Assembly (NCBI GenBank): GCA_951406725.2
Contig: OX597818.1
Coordinates: 30,504,001-30,568,000, forward strand
From: Octopus vulgaris
Taxonomy: Eukaryota
Reading direction: 5' to 3'
Length of the DNA stretch: 64,000 bases
The number at the start of each line of letters is the position of its first letter. Position 1 is the stretch's first letter. The position numbers were made by a program, and so were the translations under genes. Below are positions 26,126 to 38,469 of this stretch, one piece after another. Below the pieces are notes generated by a model. That model was not told the DNA's origin. It ran no database searches and saw nothing but the letters and a program-made list of their open reading frames with translations.

Positions 26126-26934
26126 ATATTTACATTTAGATCAAAATATTGCTACCAGTTGCAAATGCTTAAGCCAATTTAGTCATGCTATAGAAAAAAG
26201 GGAAATACACTGAACTGAATTAATTTATGCTCTCCATTGAGAGCATAACTACAGTTCCTTTCCTCAACATTAATTATTATTGACACTAATCACTGTCTTA
26301 ACACTGACCATTTCTATAACTAACCCTTCACTCTTTCTCTCTCTCTCTTACACATATGCACACAACAAACAGGAAACTCCCATTAGTGCTTCCCATTACC
26401 TTTGTCATTATCTCTCATTACTTCTACCTTTCCTGCCTCACTTTGTTATTTCTTTACAACTGTGTCTTCCATTTCTCCTTTGTTTCACACTATAATCTCA
26501 ATCTCTGTTACCTATTTCATTTTTTATCTTACACACACACACAAATCTGTGTGTTTAAAATGTAAATCAGGTATACAGCAATTTCTCTGACGTATGAAAT
26601 TTACTGAAATGAACCATGTTGTGATATATTTTGTTTGGTTGGCTACCTGTGTGCTATCACAGCAGACTAGATTACAAAACAGTTACAACACCTGTCATTT
26701 TACAAGTAATGACAAACGGCAATTCTGTCCCACTAAAACTTTTTCAGTCATTTATAACATAAGGAGACAACTGTAAGAATATGCTGCAGAATTAAATCAG
26801 TGACTGGCTGCTTATGAATTATTTATGGTACATATGAAAGTGAATAAATTTGTGTATGTGTATTTGAAATAGTTACTAAAAGAGGTGTTTGGCATTGCCT
26901 AGCACAAGGAGAACTTTGTATGTATGTATGCATG

Positions 26935-27377
26935 TAGAATGAAGGACAGCAGGATTCCTAAGCAGATGCTCTATGGAGAACTTGTGAATGGAAGGAGACT
27001 CCGGCAGAAACCAAGGCTGCGATTTAAGGACTGTGTCAATTCCTCATTAAAGGCCTGTGATATGCAGGACACTGACTGGGAGAACAATGCCTGTCATCGC
27101 CATAGATGGAGGAAGCAGGTTAAGGAGGGGATCGACACTTTTGAGAGAGCACATATCCAGCATGAAGAACTTAAGCGAGCTTCGCGAAAGCACACGGCTT
27201 GTATAGTGAATGGGGAAAGCTTGGTCTGCAATGTTTGCAGTCGTGTATGCTTGTCAAGAGCAGGGCTCATTAGCCACCAACGGAGCCGCAAATGCAAAAT
27301 ATAAGTTAGTCCTAGAGCGCACAATGTTCCTGAAGGTCGGCAATAGTCTTCCTCGGTCACGAGTGGACGGCCATCAT
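26935..27377 (+). mobile_element. RTE-BovB-type LINE 3' end
   Basis: RMKDSRIPKQMLYGELVNGRR..QKPRLRFKD...CNVCSRVCLSRAGLISHQRS, followed by a catcat tail. Confidence 0.88.
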
Positions 27378-28909
27378 GTATGTATGTATACATGCATACA
27401 CTTGCATTATTTTATATATTTGTGGAGGGAAGATGTGGGCAAAGTGGTGAGAAAGAATCTTCAGAAGGGAAGAGGGGATGACAGGGAGGATAATAGGGGA
27501 CGGAGACTCCTGGCAGTTTGCTGTGCATGAGAAGACACGCCAAGCTAAGTAAAATTGGGATTGACTTTGCACACAGGCATGTCTCCTGCATCCCTCTTCA
27601 GCTGAGCATTCTTAACCTTGTGGGCTTATGGATGCTGGTGCCATACGAAAAGCACCCGGTATACTCTGTAAAGTGGTTGGTGTTAGGAAGAGCATGCAGC
27701 TGTAGAAACCATGCCAGAACGGACATGGAACCTGGCCGGCTCCTGTCAAACTGTCCAACCCATACCAAATGGAAAATGGACATTAAATGATGATGATGAT
27801 GATTATACTTACACACACACATATATAATGGGTGAAGACCCCAATTCGGTCATGAATGTCCATGGGATTGCACCTGGAAAGTTACTTTCCGAGGCACAAG
27901 TCTAGGCAAGACTGTTTGTGGAAGATTATCAGTCGCCCATGCATACCAGCTTCCCCACTCCATTCCACCAATGTTATCCAAGAGAAAAGCAAAGGCCAAT
28001 ATGGCTTGGCATCAGTGATGTTGCAATTCTACAGCTAAGTGAACTGGAGCAATGTGAAATAAAGTGTCTTGCTCCAAAGAATGTATATATGTATTGTAAT
28101 ATTTTGTGACAACCAGTACCTAACACAACAAAGCTTTTACATGTTACTTTTGACAATCTTTATCTAAAAAAGTGAAACCAGTCAAGTGAATAAATTGCAT
28201 TTTCAAACCTTCTTTCATATATAATTCATATATAATTCACAGAGTAGTTGGCGTTAGGAAGGGTATCCAGCTGTAGAAACACTGCCAGATCAGACTGGAG
28301 CCTGGTGCAGCCTCCTGGATTCCCAGACCCCAGCCAAACTGTCCACCCCATGCCAGCATGGAAAGCATGATGATCATGATAATGTTTCAAATTTACTATC
28401 CCACTTCACTCACAGAGTAGTTGGTGTTAGGAAGGGTATCCAGCTATAGAAACACTGCCAGAACAGACTGGAGCCTGGTGCAGCCTCCTGGCTTCCCAGA
28501 CCCCAGTCGAATTGTCTAACCCATGCTAGCATGGAAAACAGACATTAAACGATGATGATGATGATGATCTTATTGGATTTCTTTTGGCTTCTAAAACTCA
28601 TTACTGGAGTGTTGCTCATTCTTTTCTAGTTTATTCTATTTATGAAATAATTGCGACAAAACTAAGGTGCCTCCAGAATAACATGTCTTCATATAGTATT
28701 AAAAAATGTTATCATCGTTTAATATCCACTTTCCATTCTGGCATGGGTTGGACGATTTGACTGAGGACTGGCAAGCCAGATGGCTGCACCAGGCTCCAAT
28801 CTGATCTGGCAGAGTTTCTACAGCTGGATGCCCTTCCGAGAGTGTGACAATATTTTACAAACTCAATTTCCTCTGATACAAAATTATAATTTTACCCCTT
28901 GTATTTCAG

Positions 28910-28978
28910 TTCAGCCTGGATGATTTGAAAAATTCACCAAACGAAACTGCATGCTGGGATGGAGTTCGGAATTATCAG
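28910..28978 (+). CDS. THYN1: THYN1 coding exon
   Basis: Acceptor ccttgtatttcag, donor CAG|gtttgt. Translates FSLDDLKNSPNETACWDGVRNYQ, containing the EVE WDGVRNYQ motif. Phase 0/0. Confidence 0.96.
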
Positions 28979-29126
28979 GTTTGTTAATTTATTTTTGATT
29001 TTCATAGTTTTATTTTAGAATTTTAAAATTCATTCATTCTTGACAATCCATTGACAAGCTGCTCTGACTATTTTCCTTTTCCTGGGATATTTGCATATGT
29101 GCTATAACATTTCCATTCTCCCTCCC

Positions 29127-29197
<71 letters not shown>

Positions 29198-29316
29198 TCA
29201 CACACATATACAAAATATTTCCATTCACAAGCTACTCTGACTATTTTCCTCTCCCTGAAATATTTTGAATATATGCTATATTTCCTTCCTATACATACAT
29301 GCATGTATGCATGCAC

Positions 29317-29352
<36 letters not shown>

Positions 29353-29354
29353 AC

Positions 29355-29910
29355 CTTCAAAACCAGTGGGAAGGAAACATCATGAAAACCAGTGAGAAGG
29401 AAACATCATGGTTTCCTTCTCTCCATTTCTGAAGGTTCTCAGGACCCACTGAGCCATCTGTTTGTACTTTATCACCATCTTGTGACCCAGGTCACACGTT
29501 GATTTATGTTCTGGGATTGTAATCCGCCCTGGGCCAATGCATATTACCAATTCAGTAATAAAATGCACACAGTTAGTTGGATGGACCCTATGAACTTACA
29601 AAACAAAAGGAGACATTGATGGTCCTTTGGAGGACATATATCCTCAGCCACTTGGACTGGTCACTACACAATATAAAATTCACGGAAGAACTTGAATCCA
29701 TCAAATGAAGCTACACAGGGAAAATCATTTCAATGCAATGTATTAGCTTCTGTGAAAGACTGAAAGAATTAAAACTCTTCTCCCTAGAATGAAGGCAGGA
29801 AAGATATGGAGTGATATACATCAGGAAAATCCTGGAAGGCTTTGTACCAAACCTTGGCATTGAAAGTTACTCAAACTGCAGAATAGGTTGCTGCTGCATA
29901 GTGCCATATA
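29355..29910. mobile_element. CR1/L2-group LINE C-terminal fragments in opposite orientations
   Basis: Minus strand KQMAQWVLRTFRN (29380-29568); plus strand ERLKELKLFSLE.RQERYGVIYI.KILEG (about 29750-29840). Confidence 0.6.
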
Positions 29911-29954
29911 TAACCCAGTATTATTTACATTAGAAATCTCTTGTAGGCAAGAAA

Positions 29955-30351
29955 TCTTTATATATAAAAGTAAGGTTGTGTGCTGTCTGTCTCCTACGAT
30001 TTAGATTCCTAACTACTCCCACATTTTGCGGTGCAGTTTAACCAAATCTGGATATCTTATAGTCGTGATTCATATCGAGCCCTTCTGGGTATTAGCGCGT
30101 GTCTATGATGAGTCTACAATTTAAAAAAAAATTTACCATCAATTTTTCCCATTTTAATGCATTTTTGGCATATATAAGAGAAGTAACTCTCTAAAAATTT
30201 ATTATTAAATCTCAGAACGTAAAAAGCTACAGTAACACCCCCCCCTTTGTGGTTAGCCATATTGAGATGGCTATTATACTTTACATCTCTAAAAAATGCT
30301 TATATAGTTATTTCCCTTACAAACCCGAGCAACGCCGGGCGATACTGCTAG
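29955..30351 (+). mobile_element. Non-autonomous Helitron (about 400 bp)
   Basis: A|TC 5' end; 3' hairpin cccgagc-aac-gccggg then CTAG|T; no TSD. A second copy lies at 55425-55808. Confidence 0.88.
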
Positions 30352-30809
30352 TATAAGATAAAATTTATTATAAACAACACAAATACTTCGTAATTTAATA
30401 GCTTTCAATGTGACACCTGTTAAACAGAAATTATTTTTATTTAATGAAAATTTAATAAAATCTAATCATAAGTAAGTGAAATCATGCTAAATGCAACTAA
30501 ATTGAAAATCATTTCTGATATCGGCAATTCTGAAAACTTTTGGGTATGAATTTTACATGAGTAGAAGTTTTTTTTAACAATTTTTTATCTTGAAAATCAC
30601 CTGCATAAATTACACAGGTGCGCAAATTACATGGGTTTTTATAGTAATAGTTAAAAGTGGAAAATAAAAATATAAAAAAGAACATGAGGATGATTGAGCA
30701 TTCAGCCAGTACAGTCTATTTTAACTCCACCTTTTCTACCTTTATGCTTTGTTTGCTTCTCTAGAATTGTTAAATAATCTCCAAACCATTCTTATTTTGT
30801 TATTTGGGA

Positions 30810-31395
30810 CTTAGGATGGATGTAAGTGATTGATGTGAAGCAGCTGTGACAGCAAGAGTGAGACTTGGCTGGGTGAAGTTCAGGGAACATGGAGGGTTGT
30901 TATATTGGAAAAGGTTCTCCTTGAAAATGAAAGGAAGGGTTTATCAGAGCTGCATGAGATCTGCAATGCTGTATGGGAGTGAAACATGGTGTCTAAGTGA
31001 AAGTGAAACGGCAATTTTGAGAAGGACTGAGAGAGCAATGTGTGGTGTAAAACTATTGGATAAAAGGAAGGCTGAGGACTTGCTAGGGTTGGAGGAATTG
31101 GTGGAATGGTTGGCAAGTGCAAATGGAGTGCAGTGGTATGGACATATTGAGGAGGGATGAGGATCATGTCCTGAGGGGAGTGCTTGAGTTTAAAGTAAAT
31201 GAACCATGAAAGCGAGGTCGACCAAAGAAAATGTGGAGGGACAGATGGAGGAGGAGATTGAGAGGTTGACTTGAGGAAGGAGGATGCCCAAAACTGGGCA
31301 AGATGGTGTGAGGGCAATTATTGTAAGAGTGAGATAGATTCAGCCACCCCCGTTAACAGGGACAAACTCAGATTTAAAATATTGGAATTCATCAT
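30810..31395 (+). mobile_element. Older RTE LINE 3' fragment (different subfamily)
   Basis: AVTARVRLGWVKFRE...MKGRVYQSCMRSAMLYGSETW...QWYGH. Confidence 0.85.
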
Positions 31396-32009
31396 CATTT
31401 TACTGGGTTCAAAGATATCCATTTGCATGCAAATGTTGATTTAAAGTTATTATTTTAAAGCAAGTTTAAGAATAATAATCAAGCATTTACTGATGGAAAG
31501 CTCAAAGCTGATAGTAGAGTTAAACCTATCATAAAACCCTAGTCAACAGGAATATTACAATAAATTAGACTTTGCCTAATCTGTTTAATGTACATAGTCA
31601 TAATAAGCAGCTCCTTTTCTTTTTCTATGCTTAAACTTTTTGTTGCTATATTGCCATTGAACTACACTGCTTTTGTTTCAGTTTATTTTATAAACAATGA
31701 AGAATTTAATAAAATAACTTTGCTGTTATTAACCCTTTAGTGTTCAGATTAATCTGTCAAATGTAATGCTTATTTGTTCATGTTATTTTGAATTATTCAG
31801 GTTCAAGAGGGGTGTCCACAATATTTGCTTGTTACTTTGTAAATTTTTTACATACAGATTTGAAATTTTGTCAGTTAGTGCTTATGTACCAGTGGATTAT
31901 AGTTATGTACTTTAGCTGATCTTGCTGATTAGATTTGACTTTTATGGGGCAGGTAAATTAAATTAATTAAAATACCAGTATAATCAATACAAGATTTTAT
32001 TCTTTCTCT

Positions 32010-35000
32010 ATCATCATCATCATCATCATCGTTTAACGTCCGCTTTCCATGCTAGCATGGGTTGGACGGTTCAACTGGGGTCTGGCAAGCCCGAAGGCTG
32101 CACCAGGCCAGTCAGATCTGGCAGTGTTTCTACAGCTGGATGCCCTTCCTAACGCCAACCACTCCGAGAGTGTAGTGGGTGATTTTATGTGCCACCGACA
32201 CAGGTGCCAGACGAGGCTGGCAGACGGCCACGCTCGGATGGTGTTTTTTATGTGCCACCGACACAGGTGCCAGACGAGGCTGGCAGACGGCCACGCTCAG
32301 ATGGTGTTTTTTATGTGCCACCGACACAGGTGCCAGACGAGGCTGGCAGACGGCCACGCTCAGATGGTGTTTTTTATGTGCCACCGACACAGGTGCCAGA
32401 CGAGGCTGGCAGACGGCCACGCTCGGATGGTGTTTTCTTATGTGTCACCGGCACAGGTGCCAGACGAGGCTGGCGAACGGCCACGCTCGGATGGTGTTTG
32501 TTACGTGCCCTCAGCATGGAGGCCAGTCGATGCGGTACTGGCTACGGTCACGTTCAGATAGTTTTCTTATGTGCCACCGGCACTGGTACCATAAAGGATA
32601 CAAATAGGATGCAAATTCCATTGATGTACATCTATTTTGATTTGGTTTTGATTTTGATTTTGATTTTCACTTGCCTCAACAGGTCTTCTCAAGTGTCACA
32701 ATAAGGAAGGTATGCACAGGTGGACTGACTACGTCCCAGGTAGGGGCCACGGGATATGGCTTCACTAGTCTTGCCGGGTCTTCTCACGCACAGCATACTT
32801 CCATAGGTCTCGGTCTCTAGTCATTTCCATGGTGAGACCTAACGTCCGAAGGTCGTGCTTCACCACCTCGTCCCAGGTTTTCCTGGGTCTACCTCTTCCA
32901 CGGGTTCCCTCAACTGCTAGGGATTGGCACTTTCTCACACACCTATCTTCATCCATTCTCGCCACATGACCATACCAGCACAATCGTCTCTCTTGCACAC
33001 CACAACTGATGCTTCTTAGGTACAACATTTCTCTCAAGGTACTAACGCTCTGTCGAGTAAGTACACTGACATTACACATCCATCGGAGCATACTGGCTTC
33101 ATTCCTCACGAGCTTACGCATGTCCTCAGCAGTCACGGCCCATGTACACATGCATCATACAGTCTGCCTTTTACTCTGAGCGAGAGGCCTTTAGTCACCA
33201 GCAGAGGTAAGAGCTCCCTAAACTTTGCCCAGGCTATTCTTATTCTAGCAGTTACACTTTCAGCGCACCCACCCCCACTACTGACTTGGTCACCTAGATA
33301 GCGGAAGCTATCAACTACTTCTAGTTTTTCCCCCGGAAAGTGACGGAAGTTGTTTTCTGCAGATTTTCGGAGGTCAATGCTCCCGAGCATCTGCCACATA
33401 CAAAAACTATCTTCCCAGTTAGCCTACCTTTGACATTGCTGCACCTCTTATGTGTCCATAGCTTACACTGGGTACATCTTATAGAGTTTCTACCTACACC
33501 TTTTCTACAGATCGAGCAGGGCCATCTTCCTGAGGATATTTGTGGATTGTCTACCTTTCTACTTATTAGTACTTTGGTTTTAGCTAGGTTGACTCTAAGG
33601 CCCCTCGATTCTAAACCCTCCTTCCACACCTGGAACTTCTGCTCCAGTTCTGATAGTGACTCAGCAATTAGAGCGAAGTCGTCAGCATAGAGGAGCCCCC
33701 TCCTATTTATCATAGTCCTCCAGGCAATTGTGGAGGAATTCAAGACAGGCTGCCCCTGGCTAAATAGACCTGTCTCCTAGCTTCCCTTCTGGCTGTCTGA
33801 TACAATTCCCTGCTACCACCGTTCTTCCAGTCCTTCCAAGCCTGTCTCTTTTGTCTAATAGCCCTGTCAACCACAGTGTTCCACCACCATGTTACTCTGA
33901 GTCGAGATGGTACTTTGCTCCATCCACAGATCTGGTCAGTGGCTGTCAGCAGATTGTCCCGTAGGAATCTCCAGTTGTCTTCCACGTTAAGTGAAGCTAT
34001 ATCCCCTTCTATTTCGTCAAAGGCCTCGAGTAGTATGTCTCTAAATCTCTGTCCATTTGCAGGATCTTTAAGCTTCCAGACCCTTCTCCTCCAAGCTGGT
34101 CTTCTTTTGGGCAACCATTTAGCTCTGATCCTGAAGTCGCTAACCACTAATCTATGTTGGGGAGTACATTCTTCGCCTGGAAAGGTTTTGGCTTTTATAA
34201 TCAGCCCTCCTATCCTTTTTCTGGCAAGGATGTAGTCAATCTGGCTGGTGTGTCTGCCAGAACGGTAGGTGACTAGGTGAGAGGTGGGTTTCCTGAAGTT
34301 GGTATTGCAGACCATAAGGTCATTTGCATCGCAGAACTCCAGCAGCCTGGTTCCCTCCTCATTACGAGAGCCAAAACCGTAGCCTCCATGGACGCCATGG
34401 AAGCCCCCGACATGTCGTCCAACATGTCCATTGAAATCACCTGCCACGAAGAGAAGGTCATTGTCATTTGTCAATGAGGTAGTCCGCAATAGGGTGTCAT
34501 AGAATTGGTCTTTTTGTCCTTCCGGTAGCCCTGGTTGAGGGGCATATGCCGAGATGATGGTAGCTGTCCTATGGTGAAGGACTAATCTAATTTTAATTAC
34601 TCTGTCACTTACTCTGACTACCTCGATTACCTTACCTACCCATTTCCCCGCAAGAAGTATACCCACGCCCCTGACCCCGTCAGTGTTCCCTGTCCAGAAA
34701 ATCTTGTACCTGTGTTCCTTGCTTGTGAGGAGCCTAGCGGAACCTCCTCTCCACCTTACTTCCTGGATACAGCATACATCCACACGTCTCCGTTCAAGTA
34801 GCTCTACAATCTCTCCAGACCTACCTTTCAATGTGCCAACATTGAGCGTGCCAACTCTGAGGGTGTGGGAGGTGTGGGCATCAGAGACCCTGGGATGAGG
34901 GACAGCCGTGTCATGTACCTGAAAAGAAAGCTTGCATCTGGCAGATTTCATATGGAAACACTAGACTACAACTTGCATACTTTTCACAATTTTTTGCGCT

Positions 35001-35446
35001 ATATGATCAGATAAACCCTACATAGGTGCTAGTGGGGGAGTGGGGTAGTTTCCGGTATTTGGGTAGAAACTTCCGGTATTGGTGGTGGGAGGGTGGGCGA
35101 CGAAATCGAAGCAACTAGTTTGAATACTTTATTTGAGGGGAAAAATAATTAGATAAATGACTGAATGAAAGCCAGAGAGAGAATGAAAATAAATAAATAA
35201 TAAGAAATGCGATAAGATACGAGGGGGCATATTTTCGGAGGAGAATGGAATAAACATCGAAGATGGCGTTGAAAGAACGATAAACTTTAAAAATGCATGA
35301 AGTCGCCATGTTTAGAGAATAGAGAAACGAAAGGGGAACAGATCAAACAAAACGCTTAAAAATATGAAAAGAGCAGGTTGAGATTTTTTACTTAACTGGC
35401 CATTTTTGGAAGTCCGTGTTTTCTCTGAAGTCCGTGTTTTCTCTTC
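32010..35446 (-). mobile_element. Near full-span RTE LINE with an open APE endonuclease region and most of the RT deleted
   Basis: ORF 33740..34951 has APE motifs (TLNVGTL, IQEVRW, SAYAPQ, AGDFNGHVG, SQIDYIL, QHRLVV) and then jumps to LLYADD. Cys cluster, C-terminus, array 3' UTR and (CAT)n tail follow. The 5' boundary is approximate. Confidence 0.92.
33740..34951 (-). pseudogene. RTE apurinic-like endonuclease domain ORF (403 aa, truncated before the RT)
   Basis: Uninterrupted APE motifs; the ORF ends at the rearrangement junction. Confidence 0.88.
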
Positions 35447-36493
35447 ATAGAAAATAAAGTGCGAAGCTCTTTTACTAGTCAATATACTAATGGCTATGTA
35501 CTCTTATACAGTTTAATGAATACATTTACATAACAATGCATCTAATAAAAAAAAAAAAAAGAAAGATCATTAACAGGTGAGGCAAAGGTGAATACAGTTG
35601 TGTAACATATTGAAAATCAGTATGTATTTCTCACTTTCACATAAATGAAAGGAATATATGATAGTATTACTATCAAATAACAAAATATAGTTATGCCCAT
35701 ATTTCTATCATTAAACTGTCCAATATTTCTATCATGAAACTTTTGTAAGTTCTATCTATGGATCACTCAGCACATCTTTACCCAGCTGTCTTCCTCTGCA
35801 CATATTTGATACCTACTATTTCAGTTTCCTCTCTTGTACACAACCTTCAATTCCTATCATAACCACTTTTTCTCTCATTTTATTTGTGCGCCATTGTTTA
35901 CGCACATCAACACTGCACATCCAGTGGAGCATGCTCACCTCATTTCTTTCCATCCTTTACACAGCCTCCACATTCAATGCTCATATTCCATTCCTGTGCA
36001 TCATTGCTCATTGTACACCAGCATCATACATTTAGAGAGAGAATCCATATATTACTAGCAGAAGCATAGTAGTCACAACAAGGACAGGGTGGAAAATGCT
36101 CTGAGCCATTGCTGCTGCCAGTAATATAGGTATTCTCTGAGTGTAAAACAGACTGTATGATTCTGGTGTCTTTATATCCCCAATGGCTATTTCCACCATA
36201 TGCCTGTGAGTTTCAGCAGCTGACCTCTCTTATGAGTCCACTTGACATTCGTCTCTCTACCAAATCTACTTCTCAATCTGTAAGCTCTTATATTAGCATT
36301 TCCGTGCCTCCTCGTTGATGCCCATAAGAGTAAGTGTGCTGCTTCATTACCGATACACTGCTTTGCATTCCAGAATACTTTACACTCCTAATTTTCATTT
36401 TGCAAAACACTGGTAAATTGCTTACTTTCCGGACTCAGCTCTTAGCTTTTCTTGTTTTTCAAAAAGGGTTAAAGAAGTTCTTAACTTCTTTAA

Positions 36494-36944
36494 CCCTTTC
36501 ATTACCATATTTATTTTGAGATGCTCTGTGTTTCTTTCAGTTATTTAAAATATAACAAAGAATTTAGTAAAATATATTTCTTTTACTACCCACAAGGGGC
36601 TAAACACAGAGGGGACAAACGGATTAAGTCGATTACATCGACCCCAGTGCGTAACTGGTACTTAATTTATCGACCCCGAAAGGATGAAAGGCAAAGTCAA
36701 CCTCGACGGAATTTGAACTCAGAACGTAACGGCAGACAAAATACGGCTACGCATTTCGCCCGGCGTGCTAACGTTTCTGCCAGCTTGCCGAATTTAGTAA
36801 AATAAGTTAGTTGTCATTAAGCTAGTGTTAGGAACATGAATTGTGACTAAGGTTTGGTGGAAGATTTTAATTCAAAACTTATGAAAACAAGACATTTGTA
36901 CTACAGAGCCAGAGTCAGTTTCTGCTGGGTTGGTAACGAAAGGG
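36494..36944. mobile_element. piggyBac-type MITE carrying a nested SINE
   Basis: TTAA TSD and CCCTT/AAGGG ends; removing the insert restores the 17709-17930 sequence. Confidence 0.85.
36575..36789 (-). mobile_element. tRNA-derived SINE family 3 with 15-bp TSD
   Basis: TSD gaatttagtaaaata at 36560-36574 and 36790-36804; core gttgactttgcctttcatcctttcggggtcgataaattaagtacc. Confidence 0.88.
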
Positions 36945-37326
36945 TTAAGTCAATTGACAGGTTATTATCAAATGTACTGTAATGAAGCAAAAGCTCTAAA
37001 TGGTTTTTCAAGTTTTGTCTGGGCTTATGTTCCAAAACTGGAATGACATTATACTTAAAACCAGATATGAAAACATATTTCATCTAGAATATTCTGTACC
37101 ATATTCCTCAGTCTAACTGATACACAAATTTTACTGTCCAGAAATCACTGGTATTATGAATCTAAGTAACTATTTAGACTAAGCTGCTTTGTTGGGACTT
37201 GCAATCAGTTACCTGAGGATTTTACCATTATTATAATAAATAATCAATATACTCCAGTAATATTTCAAGAAACTGACGTTTATGTTGTTGTTTTTTACAA
37301 TAGACAGCTTCTTATATAGATATTTT

Positions 37327-37726
37327 GGATCTTTTCAGTTTGAACAGCAGTTTTTAACATAATTTCTAGGTAACTAAAAAATTTTAGGCTTCATATACTG
37401 GTAGAATATGTTTATGAAACATTTTTTTCTCTTGGCTTTATTGAGAAAATTCTATAGTTTTAAGATATTTGTTGGTTTTTTTTTCTTCAATTTCTGCAAT
37501 TTCAACCAATCAGTGATGTCTATTGAGTTAAAAGGCATTCTGTGCCATATGAATATGTCCTTCATTTAAGAAACAGATTGGGTTTATTTACATTTGTGAA
37601 GAAAAAAAAGATACCCTAACCCTAAAAGAGATTGAAATGCAATAGATCAATTCTAGGGTCATAATTATGGGTGACAATTTCATATGACAGCGCTAGAAAA
37701 AACTGCCCTTCAAACCGAAAAGATCC
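37327..37726. mobile_element. MITE with GGATCTTTTC TIRs and perfect 8-bp TSD
   Basis: gatatttt|ggatc...gatcc|gatatttt; inverted copy of 5057-5475. Confidence 0.88.
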
Positions 37727-38469
37727 GATATTTTAATTATTGTCAGTAAATTGGTTAATGAAAATTGCTTTTATTTAAATTGTATTTTACAACAAATTGA
37801 GGAGAATTTTTTTATTATTTGGAAGGTCTACTGTTTGTGCTTTATTGTTAAGGGCAATAAATGTTATATTTACCTAATGCAACAACTTCTTTTCTGCAGC
37901 TGTTACAATGTTTTATGGACATGGTTATACTGAAACACCACCTTTACTCTGGACATTTACATCCATTAAACTTTGTTTAACATACTTTTGTTATTTTTGT
38001 TTGTTTGTTTGTTTTTGGTTTTACATTCCAGTGAACTGATCAATGCCTGGAAGCTTTAGATGACATCTGAAGAAAATGACATTTTTTTTTTTTAACTTGC
38101 ACGGTATAATTTAAATGCCAACATACTTTTTGCAAGTGATGTCTTTAATTAAGTAATACAGCATTATTTCAAAGACAGTGCATGATTTGCAAATAATTTC
38201 TCTATTAAACTGAAACCACTACCTGCCAGACTAACAAAGTGTCAGCAGCTCTAACTATAGAAATTCCATAAGTTGCTTCATGATTGACAGTTCACATCAC
38301 AAACAGCACAAACTGTTACAAACTATATCAGGCTTAAAAAAATGGCACGTACATTTATACAGTTAACTGTGCTGTCACACATTTTACTTCTTCAACCATT
38401 TAATACTTTTAACTCCATGGCATTACTACAATTCCTGATTATACTATTAAAAAATAATAAATAAATAAT

